From an uncultured Collinsella sp. (GTDB taxonomy: Bacteria > Actinomycetota > Coriobacteriia > Coriobacteriales > Coriobacteriaceae), in contig CALJYM010000033.1 in assembly GCA_937984005.1 (NCBI GenBank), positions 2,288 through 66,287 of the forward strand: a stretch of DNA of 64,000 bases, read 5' to 3'. The position numbers were made by a program, and so were the translations under genes. Under the pieces are notes generated by a model. It was not told the origin of the DNA, ran no database searches, and saw nothing but the letters and a program-made list of their open reading frames with translations. This document shows, in pieces, positions 16,901 to 26,452 of this stretch (position 1 is the stretch's first letter; each line of letters opens with the position of its first letter).

Positions 16901-19900
16901 GTTGGACCTTTCGCTAAACGTGGTGTTGGATACCTTTGTGTTGGTAACGTCGATGACGACGGATCCGCTGTTACTCGCGTTATTCGCGCCCAGCAGACCG
17001 CCGCTCCAGTTACCCTTAATCGTAGCGTTCTCGATCGCGATGTTGTTGCAGGCTATATTCACATTGCTGAAGAAGTAGCCGATAAGCCCGCCCGAGCATT
17101 TGCCGGTGCCGGCGATGCTGACATTCTTGACACTGCAGTCGTCGAACCAGTACTTGTTGGGGCTACCGCTACTCGTAACCTCACCAATCAGGCCGCCCGC
17201 ATTGTAGATGCTATTGTTCGTTCCGGCCTTATCGCCGATGACGGCGTTCTCGGTGCCGTTTCCGCCATCAATGCGCACGTTGCTCATAGAAATAACGCCG
17301 CCACGGGCGCGTCCGACCACGCCGCCGGCGCCCATATGGTCATCGGAGTTCGACCCGGTGGCTAGCACGTTTACCCCAGAGATGACCGCCGTGCACGACG
17401 ACTGGGCCGCTGTGGTGGTGCCGATGTTGGTGTTGACCGAGATATCGCTTCTTTCGACATAGCCGAGCACGCCGCCCACGTAGGGCACTGTCCCTGTGGC
17501 AGTTATGGTCGAGTTTTTGCCAACGGTCCTTTCGCTCACCCCTGTGCCTGCGGTTGTCCACACACCGCACGCCGAGGCGACCGTACCCACATAGCCACCG
17601 ACATTCTTCTCGCCCGTGACGTTAAGGCCAGTGTATGAGCAGTCATAGAGATACGCGGGGCCCCACCCGTCCCCGAACTCGACCATATAGGTTCTGTCTT
17701 CGCTCGTAGTTCGTCTGGCGCGGCCCGAGCTGCCAAGAAGCCCTCCTACGCTCTTTGCGCCCGACACGGTGCAGTTCTTCATCTGCACGTTGCGGTAGAT
17801 GCCGCACGTGCCGTCGTCGTAGTTGGCCGTTGCACCCGCCAAAAGGCCGGCACCGGTAAGGTCGTTCGGCGCCTCTCCTGGTTTGGCTTCGCCGTTGGTG
17901 TCGATATAGGTGAGCGCTACGTTGCAGTTGCTAAAGGTGAGGTCTTTGACCTGCGCGCCGTCGTTCGCGGTGACGCTCTGCCCCACATTGGTGGAGGTGA
18001 ACATCACGGTGCTGAATAGACCACCCACGCCCGAGACCTTATAGTCGTCGTCGGCGTATTCGACGACGCCGTAGACGGTGCCTTCGGTACCCACCGTGAT
18101 GGTGGCGCCGTTACCGTCGATCGTGGCTACGTGCGGCGTAATACGGTCGCGGTCGGTGCCCGGCTGGTTCGAATTGCAGGCATTGGAATAGTAGCGGCCG
18201 TTTAGGCCCACGTACCCCGTGCCGTAGTCGGTCATATCGTAGGTGTCGCCCTGCTTGAACTCCAAGCTCATGCCGATCGATTTCGACGCGCACACATAGC
18301 CCGTTTGGTAGTCGGCAGCGTAGGACGCCACCAGGTAGGGCGAATTTACATCGTCATCATGGTCGAGCGGGCCGTGCCACCCCTGCTTGCCGGGGGCCTT
18401 CTGGTCGTCGTTTTTGGCGATTTCGAAATCGCCAGCAGCACTCTCAGGCTTGCCCACATTTGCGTAGTTAGCATTCCGTACCTTGCCATATTCCTTGTTG
18501 CCAAACAGGTAGCCGCATATCGCCGGGTCTTGCGAATCGCTGCCCCAGTAAGCCTTGGAACCGCGGAACACGCCATTATTGGAGTAGTTGGTATGTGCCG
18601 CGCCAGCACCCGCACCCGAGCTGATGATGGCCGAGAGCACCAAAAGGCCCTGGGCGTTTTTCACCATGGTCACAGGAGCCTCGGCGTTAGTGCCGAGGTA
18701 CTTGTTGTCGGTGCCCGTGGTGGTGACACAGGGGGTTCCTTTTTTTGTGAGCTCGTTAATCTGGTAGTTAGCGTTACCGTTTTCAACCTTACAGCCCTCG
18801 CTAAAGGCATAGCCATCAATCACGCGACCGACGTAGGGATTGTTGTAGAGATCAAAGTTGCCCTTTCCCAGACCACGAGATTTGTCACCAGTTCCAGCAC
18901 GCCAGGAAGATTTTCCGCTTTTGTCCATATTGCGGAAAATCACGCCGCCACCCGCAATGGCACCGACGTAGCCACCAATGGGAACAAGATGCGGCTTGTC
19001 GCCACCGCCCGTGACGGTAAATCCCGTTGTAGGGTTTTCGGCCGTCGTCCCATTAACGACCACGCCATCGATAATGTTATCGCCACCAAGGATGCAGCCG
19101 ACAACGCCACCGAAAAACGCCGTCGGAACGCCGTCGGCATCCTTGGCAGAATAAGTAATAGTCGCCGACGCGTTCACATAGCGAATATTCAGATCGCGCA
19201 CCACGCTGCCGTAACTATAGGGAATAAGGCCGCGAAGCGAACCCTCGTTATTCTCTATCTTGATGGTTGCGTTTTTATTATCACTGCCAAAGTTGCCAAC
19301 GATGACGCCCCTAAACGGGTTGGCCCTATTTCCAAAACCGCCAAACGATGCGCCGTCGAGAGTAATCGTATTGCCCTCAGTAGGCTCGATGCTGTAATAC
19401 GCGCTCTGCATATAGCGGTGCATGGTTTCGTCGCTCAGCGTCTGCGGGGAATTGGTCGACGCGTCTCCGGTCTTCTTCTCCCATTTATTATCGGTACCGT
19501 TCGCCTGCTTGTAGACGTACGTAACCTCATTGTCGGTCGAGTGATCGCTGCTGCGGCGAGTGCAGAGCCTACCCTGGTCGGCAACAATGGTGACCTCCCA
19601 GCCGTCAAGCGCCGTCATGTTATTAATGTAGTTGGCAATGGCATTCATCTCCGCCGCGTTTGTGACGGAATAAGGATCGCCGTAGGTACCACATCCCATT
19701 ACCAGCTTTGGAATGCGCTGGTTGACTTTAATTTCGTGATACTGGACGCCATCCTCGGCGGCTTTTCCCTTGTAAACATAAGGAAGGTAGTCACCGAACC
19801 AAGGCCTGACGTCACCGTCCTTCTTACCATCAACCGTCACATAGCCGCTCACGGCACCATACGTCGCTTCGTCGTAATACCAAAGCTGCTTGCCCGGGTA

Positions 19901-22900
19901 CTCCGTACTCCCATCAATCTCGGATCCGTAGGTCACCTTGCCCGCATCGCCATCGGCCTTAGTAAAGGTGTAGTCCGCAGAGCCCGTGCTCGTGCTTCCG
20001 TAGCCAAAACTCTCCAGCAGGCTCGCATGGGTGAAGATCGTATTGTTCTCTTGGCTGGGCAAGCTGATTTGCTCAAACTTCGCCGTCACCTGATCGGCCT
20101 CACTGCCTACACCAAGCTTTCCGAACAGCGACGTAGCCGCCTTGGTGCCACTCGTGTACCCAGTAGTCTTGATATTCTTCGCGTTCAGGCTCACGTACTT
20201 CTGCATCTCGTTGATGAGCAGAGGCATATAGGCGTTAGCGTCCGTGGCGCTGTTGGCGCCGTCGACAATCAGATTGTTGAGTGTAAGATCATCAATTGAG
20301 ATCTTTCTAATCTTGGTGCCATTGCCGTCGCTGGACCCATACACGTAGCGGCACACGAGCGCGCCCGATGAGCTTCCGCCCGCGCCAATAGCGTCAGTAG
20401 AGCTCTTTCCGTCATTGATAACGGACCCAACGGTACCACCCAAAGTGACGTTGCTTACTGTGAGATCGCCGTCTGCCACCGTTTGAAAAAGACCGCAGTG
20501 CATGTTCTCGTGCTGGGTGGCATCGGAGTTTAGCTTGTTGCCATTCTGCTCGGCCTTGATCTTGGAGTAGTAGAAGGTGATGGCCGCATTATTAACCGTC
20601 ACCTCTCCGATCGGTTGAGTGGGATAGTAGCTGTAGCCGGCCAAATCGATTGTGCCCGTTATGGTTATGGAATCATCGAGCCCTGTCGTACCATCGGGAA
20701 CGATTGTCGAACGAATACCGGCGGGAGCATAGCAGAAAGCAGACCATAAGAGCAGCTTGTCCGCTGTATCGATTTGACTGCCACTAAAGCCGCCTTCACA
20801 ATTCTTAGAGGCTATGTCGAGGTTGTAGAAGTAGCGGGTATTGCCGTTCGTATTCTGGCTTCGACCGAAAGACGAGCGATTATGGTAGCTGTTGTCTTTT
20901 GTGGAATCGCCGTCCATGTCCAGCTTGTTTTTCTGTGTGTGTAGCGAAACGACCGTGTTCCAGTCGGCGTCCATGAGCTTGCTGCCGTTGTTTGGTTTTA
21001 CACCGCTGCCAACCCATTCATCGAAGGACGTTACGCCCGACGCAACGATGGCCCCCTCGCCGGTGGGCACCCTATAGGCGGTATCCCAATAAACCCTGTC
21101 CTCCAAGTACAGGCCTAGGTAGCTCTCGACGCCATATGTCGTCTTATCATCCACCTTGCAGCCGCGGCAAACTAGAACGCCGAGCGTCTGAGCGGCGCCT
21201 GCATTAATCTTTGTGCCCGAGAGATCGATGGCGTAGTTGTTGATAATCCAGTGACCGCTGGCTGCGTATACAAGGCCGCCAAGCTCCTTGGAATCATCCA
21301 CAGTCGCGATTATAGAAGCGTTGGTCGTTTTCAAAGCATAGGAGTTTTCACTCTTGTTAATGTTGTCATCTCCGATAGTTACGACCGCGTTGCCCCAGCT
21401 ATAACCCAAGAGACCGCCCACGCCATTGAGCTTATCGCCGTTCTTTCCGACTCCCATCTTGAACGAGTTGAACGAAAGGCCCGTAATGTTAACGTCCTTT
21501 TTGGCCGAGTTGGCTATTGCCCCATCAGCCCCATAGGTGCTCTGTGCGATGCAGCCGATAAGACCGCCGACCTGGGCAATCTTGCCGCTGGTGCAATTGC
21601 CGGTTTCGATTGATCCGGCGACTTCGAGGCCCGCAACATTGAATGACGAGCCATAATCGCCCACATAACCAATGGCGCCGCCAATGCGACTATTGCCGTT
21701 AAGCGTTTTAGTTGCAGCGATGGTCGCTTGAGCCCTGCTGTTATCCTTAAACGCAACCGTAGAAGCCGCCGACACGCTGCCCGCAATACCACCAATGTTC
21801 ACTTCGTTGCCGAACGTATCATCACACGCGATATTCGTTTTGCACGTTACGCCCGACAATGGCAGGTTGCCGACGATGGTACCTGCAAGCGACCCGGCAT
21901 CGATAGCCGAACCGTTATCGAACTTCATGGAACCAGCGATTGTGACGTTGGAGATGGTTGCGCCGTTGACGGCCGCGAACAAGCCCAAGCGGCCGTGGCG
22001 GTAGATTTTGCCGTTGCCGTTGCTCGTGTCATTGCCGTCGAGCACAGCTTCACCACGCTTGCCGTACGGCTCGCCGACGGCAAGGTTGATTGTGCCGTTG
22101 CCATTTGTGCCGCCGCCGTTCAACGTTCCCGAGAAAACTTGCGAGCCGTCTGCACGATCCTGCGTGAAACCCGTCAGGCCCGTGCCCTTGAGATCAATAG
22201 TGCCGTTCACCGTAATGGTCGAGGACTGCAAGATGTTCGGGTTGTTTTCAGAAACGCCCTCGACCATGGAGTAGTAGCCGTTGGTTTGCCAGGTGATTGC
22301 AAGTTTGGCGAAATCCTCAACAGAGGTTAGGGTGTAGGCACCGTTAGCTGCCGTCAGCGAATCCGGCAAGGTCAACTTATGAGTGTCCACATCAAGCTTA
22401 ATGAAGTCGCCGCCCAGACGAATAACTTCGCCGTAGGTCGCGATGTCGTCCGTCTTCGAGGCAGTATTGCTACGTTTGAAGGTCCAGCCCGCTGCACCCT
22501 TGTCAGCGTCAGAGCCATCGCCGACAGCAAAAATCAGCGCGTTGTGGTTCTCGTATACGAGCTGGCCCGTCGTGCTGTTTTCGGCAAAACTTGCGCCCGA
22601 CAGATCCGTGATGCCGCTGAATTTGATTACAGCATTCCACGCGGAGCCTGCAATTCCCGCGGCACGGTTGCTTTGCGCCTTACCGATAGGATTGTCGCTT
22701 GTAAGTTTGAAATCTCGCACGTCAAGGACATTGCGCGCGTCGACAACGCCCACGGCACCACCGAACTTTCCGGCGTCCGTTCGCGCCGAAGCATCTCCCT
22801 TGCACGCAACCGTCACGCCGTCGAGCACAACGGCGACAGGCTGCGAATTGGAGTCCGCGCTATCGCCAACATAGCCAACAACACCGCCCGTATCGGACAG

Positions 22901-24586
22901 CTTGCCCGCAAGTTCAAACTCAATTGAGCACGTTTTCTTATCCGCATCCTTTTGGACCACAAAGGCGCGCAGCGACTCATCGACGCCTTTTGCCGTCGCA
23001 AACACCTTGCCGACAAGGCCGCCGTAGCTGCCGTTGAAGCTAACTTCTTCCGGTAAGGTGAACTTGCTCTTATACGTTCCGCCTTGCACCACGATGTCGC
23101 CATTAGAAATATCGGCCACACCAAAAAGGGCGCCGGCGCGTTGCGATGCACCAAGCGTCACAAGCTTGCCCAGGTCGAACATATTGGGCTTAACGATAAA
23201 TCCTTGCGCAAAGCTCACGTCGCCGATGACGCCACCGGAGCAAGCGCTGTCTTTATCGCCGACGTTGCACGCCGGCTTAACCGTTACGCCATCAGCGATG
23301 TTGAGCGTGAGGTTGGTGGCCTTACCGATAAGACCGCCCGCCGCGTTTTTACCTGCGACGCTCAGCGCCGAGACATCGATGCCAGTTGGTAGGGCGACGG
23401 TGGCACCCTCCCGCGCCTCGCCGATAAGACCCCCCGCGTTGGCATCAGCGGCTGTCGCGTTGATAGTGGGGGTACCGTCGAGTTTGTCCGGCAGGGCGAG
23501 GCCCGCAAGCGTAAGCGATGCTCCTTCGGCAAGGGTGTTCACAAGCAAGCCCATGTTGCCTGTGCTCGATTGCATATCGATCGCCAGGGGGCTGTTCGCG
23601 CTTGTCACGTAGGTTGCGTTAAGCGTGAGCGCGCCCGTGACCTCGCCCACAAGTGGCGAGGCGAGCTTGCAGATGTCCTTTTCGGTATCGCTCTTGGGCG
23701 TGCCCACGGTTACGGTGGCAGCAAGCGTCTTGTCCGCGCCCGTGACCTTTGCGGCCACGATGGGCTGGGCATCGGTACCCTTCCAGGTGAGCTTTACGGT
23801 GCTGTTGGCGTCGCTGAGCTCGATGTTGTTGAAGAGCGTCTTGTTGACGGTCAGGGTCCTGTCGCCGAGGTTGAGCGCGCCTTTGAAAGGGTAGGCATCG
23901 CTGCCGAAGCCCTGGAACGTGAGGCTACCCAGGCCGTCCACGATCTCCGCGCCGCACACGTCGAAGTCGATGCCGGTCGAGCCACCTTTGGAGATGTTCG
24001 CGTTCTGGTAGATGGCGGGATCGGTGTTGGAGATGGCGATAAGGTCGGCGTTGGACTCAAAGGTAATGGCCGTGACGGCGCCCAAGTCGTCAGTGATGAC
24101 ATTGCCGTCACCCAACGCGTGCCTGAGATCCTCGACAGTAGCGATGGTGGGGGCGGTGTTTGCCTGATCAGCAGCATCCGCGTCCGCGTCATCCGCTTGT
24201 TCTCCGTCAGCAGCACCCTCATCGGCAGCCGCATCGTCTTGGGACGCGTCGCCCTCCGTTGGGGTATCGCCGTTAGTGGTTCCATCGGTCGTGGAGTCCT
24301 GTGATTCGCCAGCGTTGGTAGAACCGTCGCCGCCCTCGGTAGCGCCAGCGTCGGCGCCCGGAGTCGTTGCGACATCATCAGATGTAGCCTGGTCAGCATC
24401 TTGCAGCGCGGTGGCCACAGCATCCTGTACGGAGCGCGCCGTGTTGCCCGCGGCGCGCGCGGCGGAGACGGATGCATCCATGACGGCGTCGAGCTCTTGC
24501 GCGAACACCTCCGTGGAGGGCGCAAGCGCCTGGAAAATCATGATCGCAGTCAGGCATGCGGTTGTTATGCGCTTTGCCGTTCTCAT
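13910..24586 (-). CDS. Giant (3558 aa) secreted surface protein: signal peptide, acidic Asp/Thr/Ala-rich spacer, then dozens of GLUG-type (GG[LIV][ILV]G) beta-helix-like repeats; no LPXTG at the C-terminus
   Basis: Single uninterrupted ORF. The N-terminus MRTAKRITTACLTAIMIFQALAPSTEVFA is a signal peptide. Motifs recurring throughout include AGGLIGEA, GGLIGKAT, GGVIGDV, GGLVGKV, GGVVGYV and GGLIGEVTS. The C-terminus ...ARINTGGIRHETKTN has no sortase motif. Confidence 0.85.
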   Translation of the reverse strand: MRTAKRITTACLTAIMIFQALAPSTEVFAQELDAVMDASVSAARAAGNTARSVQDAVATALQDADQATSDDVATTPGADAGATEGGDGSTNAGESQDSTTDGTTNGDTPTEGDASQDDAAADEGAADGEQADDADADAADQANTAPTIATVEDLRHALGDGNVITDDLGAVTAITFESNADLIAISNTDPAIYQNANISKGGSTGIDFDVCGAEIVDGLGSLTFQGFGSDAYPFKGALNLGDRTLTVNKTLFNNIELSDANSTVKLTWKGTDAQPIVAAKVTGADKTLAATVTVGTPKSDTEKDICKLASPLVGEVTGALTLNATYVTSANSPLAIDMQSSTGNMGLLVNTLAEGASLTLAGLALPDKLDGTPTINATAADANAGGLIGEAREGATVALPTGIDVSALSVAGKNAAGGLIGKATNLTLNIADGVTVKPACNVGDKDSACSGGVIGDVSFAQGFIVKPNMFDLGKLVTLGASQRAGALFGVADISNGDIVVQGGTYKSKFTLPEEVSFNGSYGGLVGKVFATAKGVDESLRAFVVQKDADKKTCSIEFELAGKLSDTGGVVGYVGDSADSNSQPVAVVLDGVTVACKGDASARTDAGKFGGAVGVVDARNVLDVRDFKLTSDNPIGKAQSNRAAGIAGSAWNAVIKFSGITDLSGASFAENSTTGQLVYENHNALIFAVGDGSDADKGAAGWTFKRSNTASKTDDIATYGEVIRLGGDFIKLDVDTHKLTLPDSLTAANGAYTLTSVEDFAKLAITWQTNGYYSMVEGVSENNPNILQSSTITVNGTIDLKGTGLTGFTQDRADGSQVFSGTLNGGGTNGNGTINLAVGEPYGKRGEAVLDGNDTSNGNGKIYRHGRLGLFAAVNGATISNVTIAGSMKFDNGSAIDAGSLAGTIVGNLPLSGVTCKTNIACDDTFGNEVNIGGIAGSVSAASTVAFKDNSRAQATIAATKTLNGNSRIGGAIGYVGDYGSSFNVAGLEVAGSIETGNCTSGKIAQVGGLIGCIAQSTYGADGAIANSAKKDVNITGLSFNSFKMGVGKNGDKLNGVGGLLGYSWGNAVVTIGDDNINKSENSYALKTTNASIIATVDDSKELGGLVYAASGHWIINNYAIDLSGTKINAGAAQTLGVLVCRGCKVDDKTTYGVESYLGLYLEDRVYWDTAYRVPTGEGAIVASGVTSFDEWVGSGVKPNNGSKLMDADWNTVVSLHTQKNKLDMDGDSTKDNSYHNRSSFGRSQNTNGNTRYFYNLDIASKNCEGGFSGSQIDTADKLLLWSAFCYAPAGIRSTIVPDGTTGLDDSITITGTIDLAGYSYYPTQPIGEVTVNNAAITFYYSKIKAEQNGNKLNSDATQHENMHCGLFQTVADGDLTVSNVTLGGTVGSVINDGKSSTDAIGAGGSSSGALVCRYVYGSSDGNGTKIRKISIDDLTLNNLIVDGANSATDANAYMPLLINEMQKYVSLNAKNIKTTGYTSGTKAATSLFGKLGVGSEADQVTAKFEQISLPSQENNTIFTHASLLESFGYGSTSTGSADYTFTKADGDAGKVTYGSEIDGSTEYPGKQLWYYDEATYGAVSGYVTVDGKKDGDVRPWFGDYLPYVYKGKAAEDGVQYHEIKVNQRIPKLVMGCGTYGDPYSVTNAAEMNAIANYINNMTALDGWEVTIVADQGRLCTRRSSDHSTDNEVTYVYKQANGTDNKWEKKTGDASTNSPQTLSDETMHRYMQSAYYSIEPTEGNTITLDGASFGGFGNRANPFRGVIVGNFGSDNKNATIKIENNEGSLRGLIPYSYGSVVRDLNIRYVNASATITYSAKDADGVPTAFFGGVVGCILGGDNIIDGVVVNGTTAENPTTGFTVTGGGDKPHLVPIGGYVGAIAGGGVIFRNMDKSGKSSWRAGTGDKSRGLGKGNFDLYNNPYVGRVIDGYAFSEGCKVENGNANYQINELTKKGTPCVTTTGTDNKYLGTNAEAPVTMVKNAQGLLVLSAIISSGAGAGAAHTNYSNNGVFRGSKAYWGSDSQDPAICGYLFGNKEYGKVRNANYANVGKPESAAGDFEIAKNDDQKAPGKQGWHGPLDHDDDVNSPYLVASYAADYQTGYVCASKSIGMSLEFKQGDTYDMTDYGTGYVGLNGRYYSNACNSNQPGTDRDRITPHVATIDGNGATITVGTEGTVYGVVEYADDDYKVSGVGGLFSTVMFTSTNVGQSVTANDGAQVKDLTFSNCNVALTYIDTNGEAKPGEAPNDLTGAGLLAGATANYDDGTCGIYRNVQMKNCTVSGAKSVGGLLGSSGRARRTTSEDRTYMVEFGDGWGPAYLYDCSYTGLNVTGEKNVGGYVGTVASACGVWTTAGTGVSERTVGKNSTITATGTVPYVGGVLGYVERSDISVNTNIGTTTAAQSSCTAVISGVNVLATGSNSDDHMGAGGVVGRARGGVISMSNVRIDGGNGTENAVIGDKAGTNNSIYNAGGLIGEVTSSGSPNKYWFDDCSVKNVSIAGTGKCSGGLIGYFFSNVNIACNNIAIENATIKGNWSGGLLGANNASNSGSVVIDVTNTKVSNTTFSERSNGGIMGDGRGQFHLLNVLMDSNSYNAGKTQGVLLGEVDTGDGKYSLSAAGVEVKPGSGKTTSDLPPMVYTTNTNTAAVNEKTYIAFGDYNGTAAAPNENKTLYGAGDTATTATSPYVTTRPVSTLAVRASDGDTTDRYLFGDGAAIDTATTIQSQAGARVPGRYTYTNIAGINDAGAYQNTSTYSADSSRSTYNANNITSGKKAKTDFPVLVIPGNDTTTVESYLNIVTNGGFSDARRLNGSTAHVTATAEVFSLADNGTFVKDVAASQAPTLKVLNNGTSSMAFRASTDWDNEQGRFTLLTVTFSEAGQSYRVQVPIIVKRMLEIDFTATYSEGANFKAADYATKYDKHVLVSSGDTMTGYLTWTYGSARGKPVDYGWNTLLEAGGSMGPLNKSITFGATLPEGTQLTLVDTANNSREYHYTVGTGGATSVKLTEFVDAGNKAYYTEPWLSEIVGVKADEAKEDKDGAWVKLADDEVKDKSQAELAKMAGAKVDGAYYRARTSSDATGTFYTLSVDKEEPKSENFYLVVRTPAGSAGVNGYTATTVDTSLNEHINYLLRGKKAADGKAAEDGHQNTPSTYSVASNYTHSLVDNKRNLVDNRDSINRMELKEATYSLSMNVSDTVTFDSSQQYTSSDALYYQLDSSLVTYHDGVIAGSVGYPTGTQGTYEFYVKVGDNYYTWGGSGWNLAGTKETPVVSGLSWTANGGDMSLVLADAEGNPIDMSGLREIAKNHVNAFTVTMRAALTMTEPACQAGIVASQNSGTDRYTKPNYRAYLSTHADTLSTSSNSAYNDGGAGYYRMDVGSSTIALEASKKSQLGISIDDLKSADGEIALVGTYDLSKLTGAEAKIDAASTVTYTLILEQRQDNGGYAPVGDISNYITVLGSDYLGTGAASADGNSYVFTDTKTNGAFLTRDGNSLAFKHAFRVKVNTNVEGENQTYANYRLVLTANIMTGNVVDDTPVNVSNLDGYSHSDYVTYTLARINTGGIRHETKTN

Positions 24587-24650
24587 CTGGTCCTACCTCG
24601 TTCTATCTCATGCCCCGTGCGGGGTCTCAAAATCACAGATTGCGGTTGGC

Positions 24651-25628
24651 CTACGCAGCCCTGCACGTAACACCGATGTCATCCAAGCTGCCGGGCGCGG
24701 TATCCGTCGAACGGTAAAAGGTAATAATCTCCGACCCGGGATCCATGGTGAACGTAACCGACCTTCCATCAAAGGTCGCGTCGGAATGATTCGTCGCCAA
24801 AAATGGGTCAAGCTCAACCTTGTCGCCCCATGTAAGCTTGATTTTTGTTGGCGCGCCCGTAACGGTCGCGCGATAGTTGTAAGCGTCGAAAGCGTTGATA
24901 TCCGAGTTCTTGTCGACCCACTCGCCCGAAACGCCCGAAGCCGTTACCTCTGCACGCTCGGAAGGCGCAATCTTGGCGGCGAGCCATTTAAGATTGGTGC
25001 CGGGGCTATTGGAGCCGACCTGGGCCTTAACGGTGAAGGATGCTTTGTTGAGGTCCGCCTTGGAAAATGTAACCTTATAGGTATACATGGTTGCCCTGTT
25101 GGCAGGGAAGGAAAGGTCGACCGTGCCGCCCGCCGTCAGCATGGGCGAACCGCTTATGCTCCAAGCTTTCGTCGTTCCCGTCGCCTTCACGCTCAGCGTC
25201 GCGTTAACGTCCTTGTCGTTGACCTTGTTCTTGTCGCCCAGCAGATGGTTGTAAATGCGAAAGGTAAAAGAGCAGTTTTCCCCACTCGTGTCGGCGATGA
25301 CGCTTCGGACGGCAATACCCTCGTCATTCAGCGTCTCATTCGTGTAGCCCGTAAGCATGTCCGAGGCAAACAGCGCCTGTGACGTGCCCGAGACAGCGAC
25401 CGACTTAAGGAAGTCGCCCGCCAAAAAGGCCGTGTAAGTAAGGTGGGTACCCGCCACAATCGCGACGGCGCATAGCAGCACCGCAACCGCCCACAGGCGC
25501 TTGCGCATTTTGGAAACAGGGGCCGCCGACTCTACGCAGCAAGGCTCTGCCTTAGAATCATCCACCTGCGCAAAGTGCTTGCCAACAGGCCTCGCGATTT
25601 CATTTTGCTCTTTCTTGTCTTTTCGCAT
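24651..25628 (-). CDS. Bitopic membrane protein (N-in, single TM, ~260-aa extracytoplasmic beta-rich domain); third of three paralogous-architecture genes upstream of the giant protein
   Basis: Start chosen at MRKDKKEQNEIARP (25628); the Arg-rich 85-aa extension of ORF 24651..25883 is not coding-like. The TM segment is LWAVAVLLCAVAIVAGTHLTYTAFL. The post-TM segment AFLAGDF...ALFASDMLTG weakly resembles the TasA/camelysin N-terminal motif (AAFNDIKSKDATFASGTLDL). Confidence 0.6.
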   Translation of the reverse strand: MRKDKKEQNEIARPVGKHFAQVDDSKAEPCCVESAAPVSKMRKRLWAVAVLLCAVAIVAGTHLTYTAFLAGDFLKSVAVSGTSQALFASDMLTGYTNETLNDEGIAVRSVIADTSGENCSFTFRIYNHLLGDKNKVNDKDVNATLSVKATGTTKAWSISGSPMLTAGGTVDLSFPANRATMYTYKVTFSKADLNKASFTVKAQVGSNSPGTNLKWLAAKIAPSERAEVTASGVSGEWVDKNSDINAFDAYNYRATVTGAPTKIKLTWGDKVELDPFLATNHSDATFDGRSVTFTMDPGSEIITFYRSTDTAPGSLDDIGVTCRAA

Positions 25629-25651
25629 CTGGCGCCCCTCCCTTCTTGTTA

Positions 25652-26452
25652 TTAGTTGCCACTCGTGCCGCGAGCAATTAGATAAACCATGTCGGTCTCT
25701 TTGACGTTGGAGACCGTCTTTCCGTTTACGGTCACAACGCCCGGATTCCATGTGCACTCGATGATGAAGTTCGTGGCGGCGTTGGCTGTTTTGCCATTCC
25801 AGCCATCGAGCCCACTCCCTGCGAACTTGTGGTACCGATACAGCGGACGGGCGTTTTTCTGGACATTCACGTACGAGCCGCACGTCGGGTCGTTTGCCTC
25901 AAGCTCTTTAGCCAACGCACTTGTCCCGTCCGCGGAGTTGATAAAAGCAAACTCAATCGGGGTGCTGCTCTTCTTGCTCCATGAGTAGGTGCGGTTGAGC
26001 CCGTCGAGGCCGACCACAGTGCCGTTTTTATCGTTCGGATTATTGACCGTCACGTGATACACGTTGATTGTCAGCCCCGTGATATTCGTTGTGTTGGCAA
26101 TCTGCAGCTCAAACGCTTGACCGCCGGCAGCGGGATCGCCATTGTCGCTCTGCACACAAAACGCGCGACGAACGGTCACGGTGCCGTCTATGTTTTTAAC
26201 ATCGCCCCGTGACTCGTCATACGAAATCTCGATGGGCTCGATGCTCGTCTGGTTGGGACCCATGATCTTAAGCTGCGCGGGCGTTTGGATCTTGCCCACC
26301 GTAGACAGACTTTTGCTGCCCACAAACCACGAGAGCGACAAGCCGATGATAAGAGCGATTGCCGCCAGCAATATCAGGACCGCAAGGGCCTGTGCGCGGT
26401 GGTTTTCTATCCAATTGCGGGCATCGCCGAGGCGCGTTTGCATGGTGCTCAT
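25652..26452 (-). CDS. Bitopic membrane protein (20-aa cytoplasmic N-terminus, single TM, ~220-aa extracytoplasmic domain); second of three
   Basis: TM segment ALAVLILLAAIALIIGLSLSWFV, then GSKSLSTVGKIQTPAQLKIMG.... Its start overlaps the stop of the upstream gene by 4 nt (ATGA), indicating translational coupling. Confidence 0.65.
   Translation of the reverse strand: MSTMQTRLGDARNWIENHRAQALAVLILLAAIALIIGLSLSWFVGSKSLSTVGKIQTPAQLKIMGPNQTSIEPIEISYDESRGDVKNIDGTVTVRRAFCVQSDNGDPAAGGQAFELQIANTTNITGLTINVYHVTVNNPNDKNGTVVGLDGLNRTYSWSKKSSTPIEFAFINSADGTSALAKELEANDPTCGSYVNVQKNARPLYRYHKFAGSGLDGWNGKTANAATNFIIECTWNPGVVTVNGKTVSNVKETDMVYLIARGTSGN

Noticed and set aside
18305-20299. 664-aa plus-strand ORF inside the giant surface-protein gene (also 15641-16861, 24276-25382 and 26485-27597 plus)
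   Set aside because: These are antisense to strongly supported minus-strand CDSs in GC-rich DNA, with Arg/Val/Gly-rich nonsense composition.
25629-25883. 85-aa N-terminal extension of ORF 24651-25883 (MRLVRECPEKRPS...)
   Set aside because: It is Arg/His-rich with non-coding-like composition and overlaps the upstream gene's 3' end. The internal ATG at 25628 gives a protein with the same architecture as its two neighbours.
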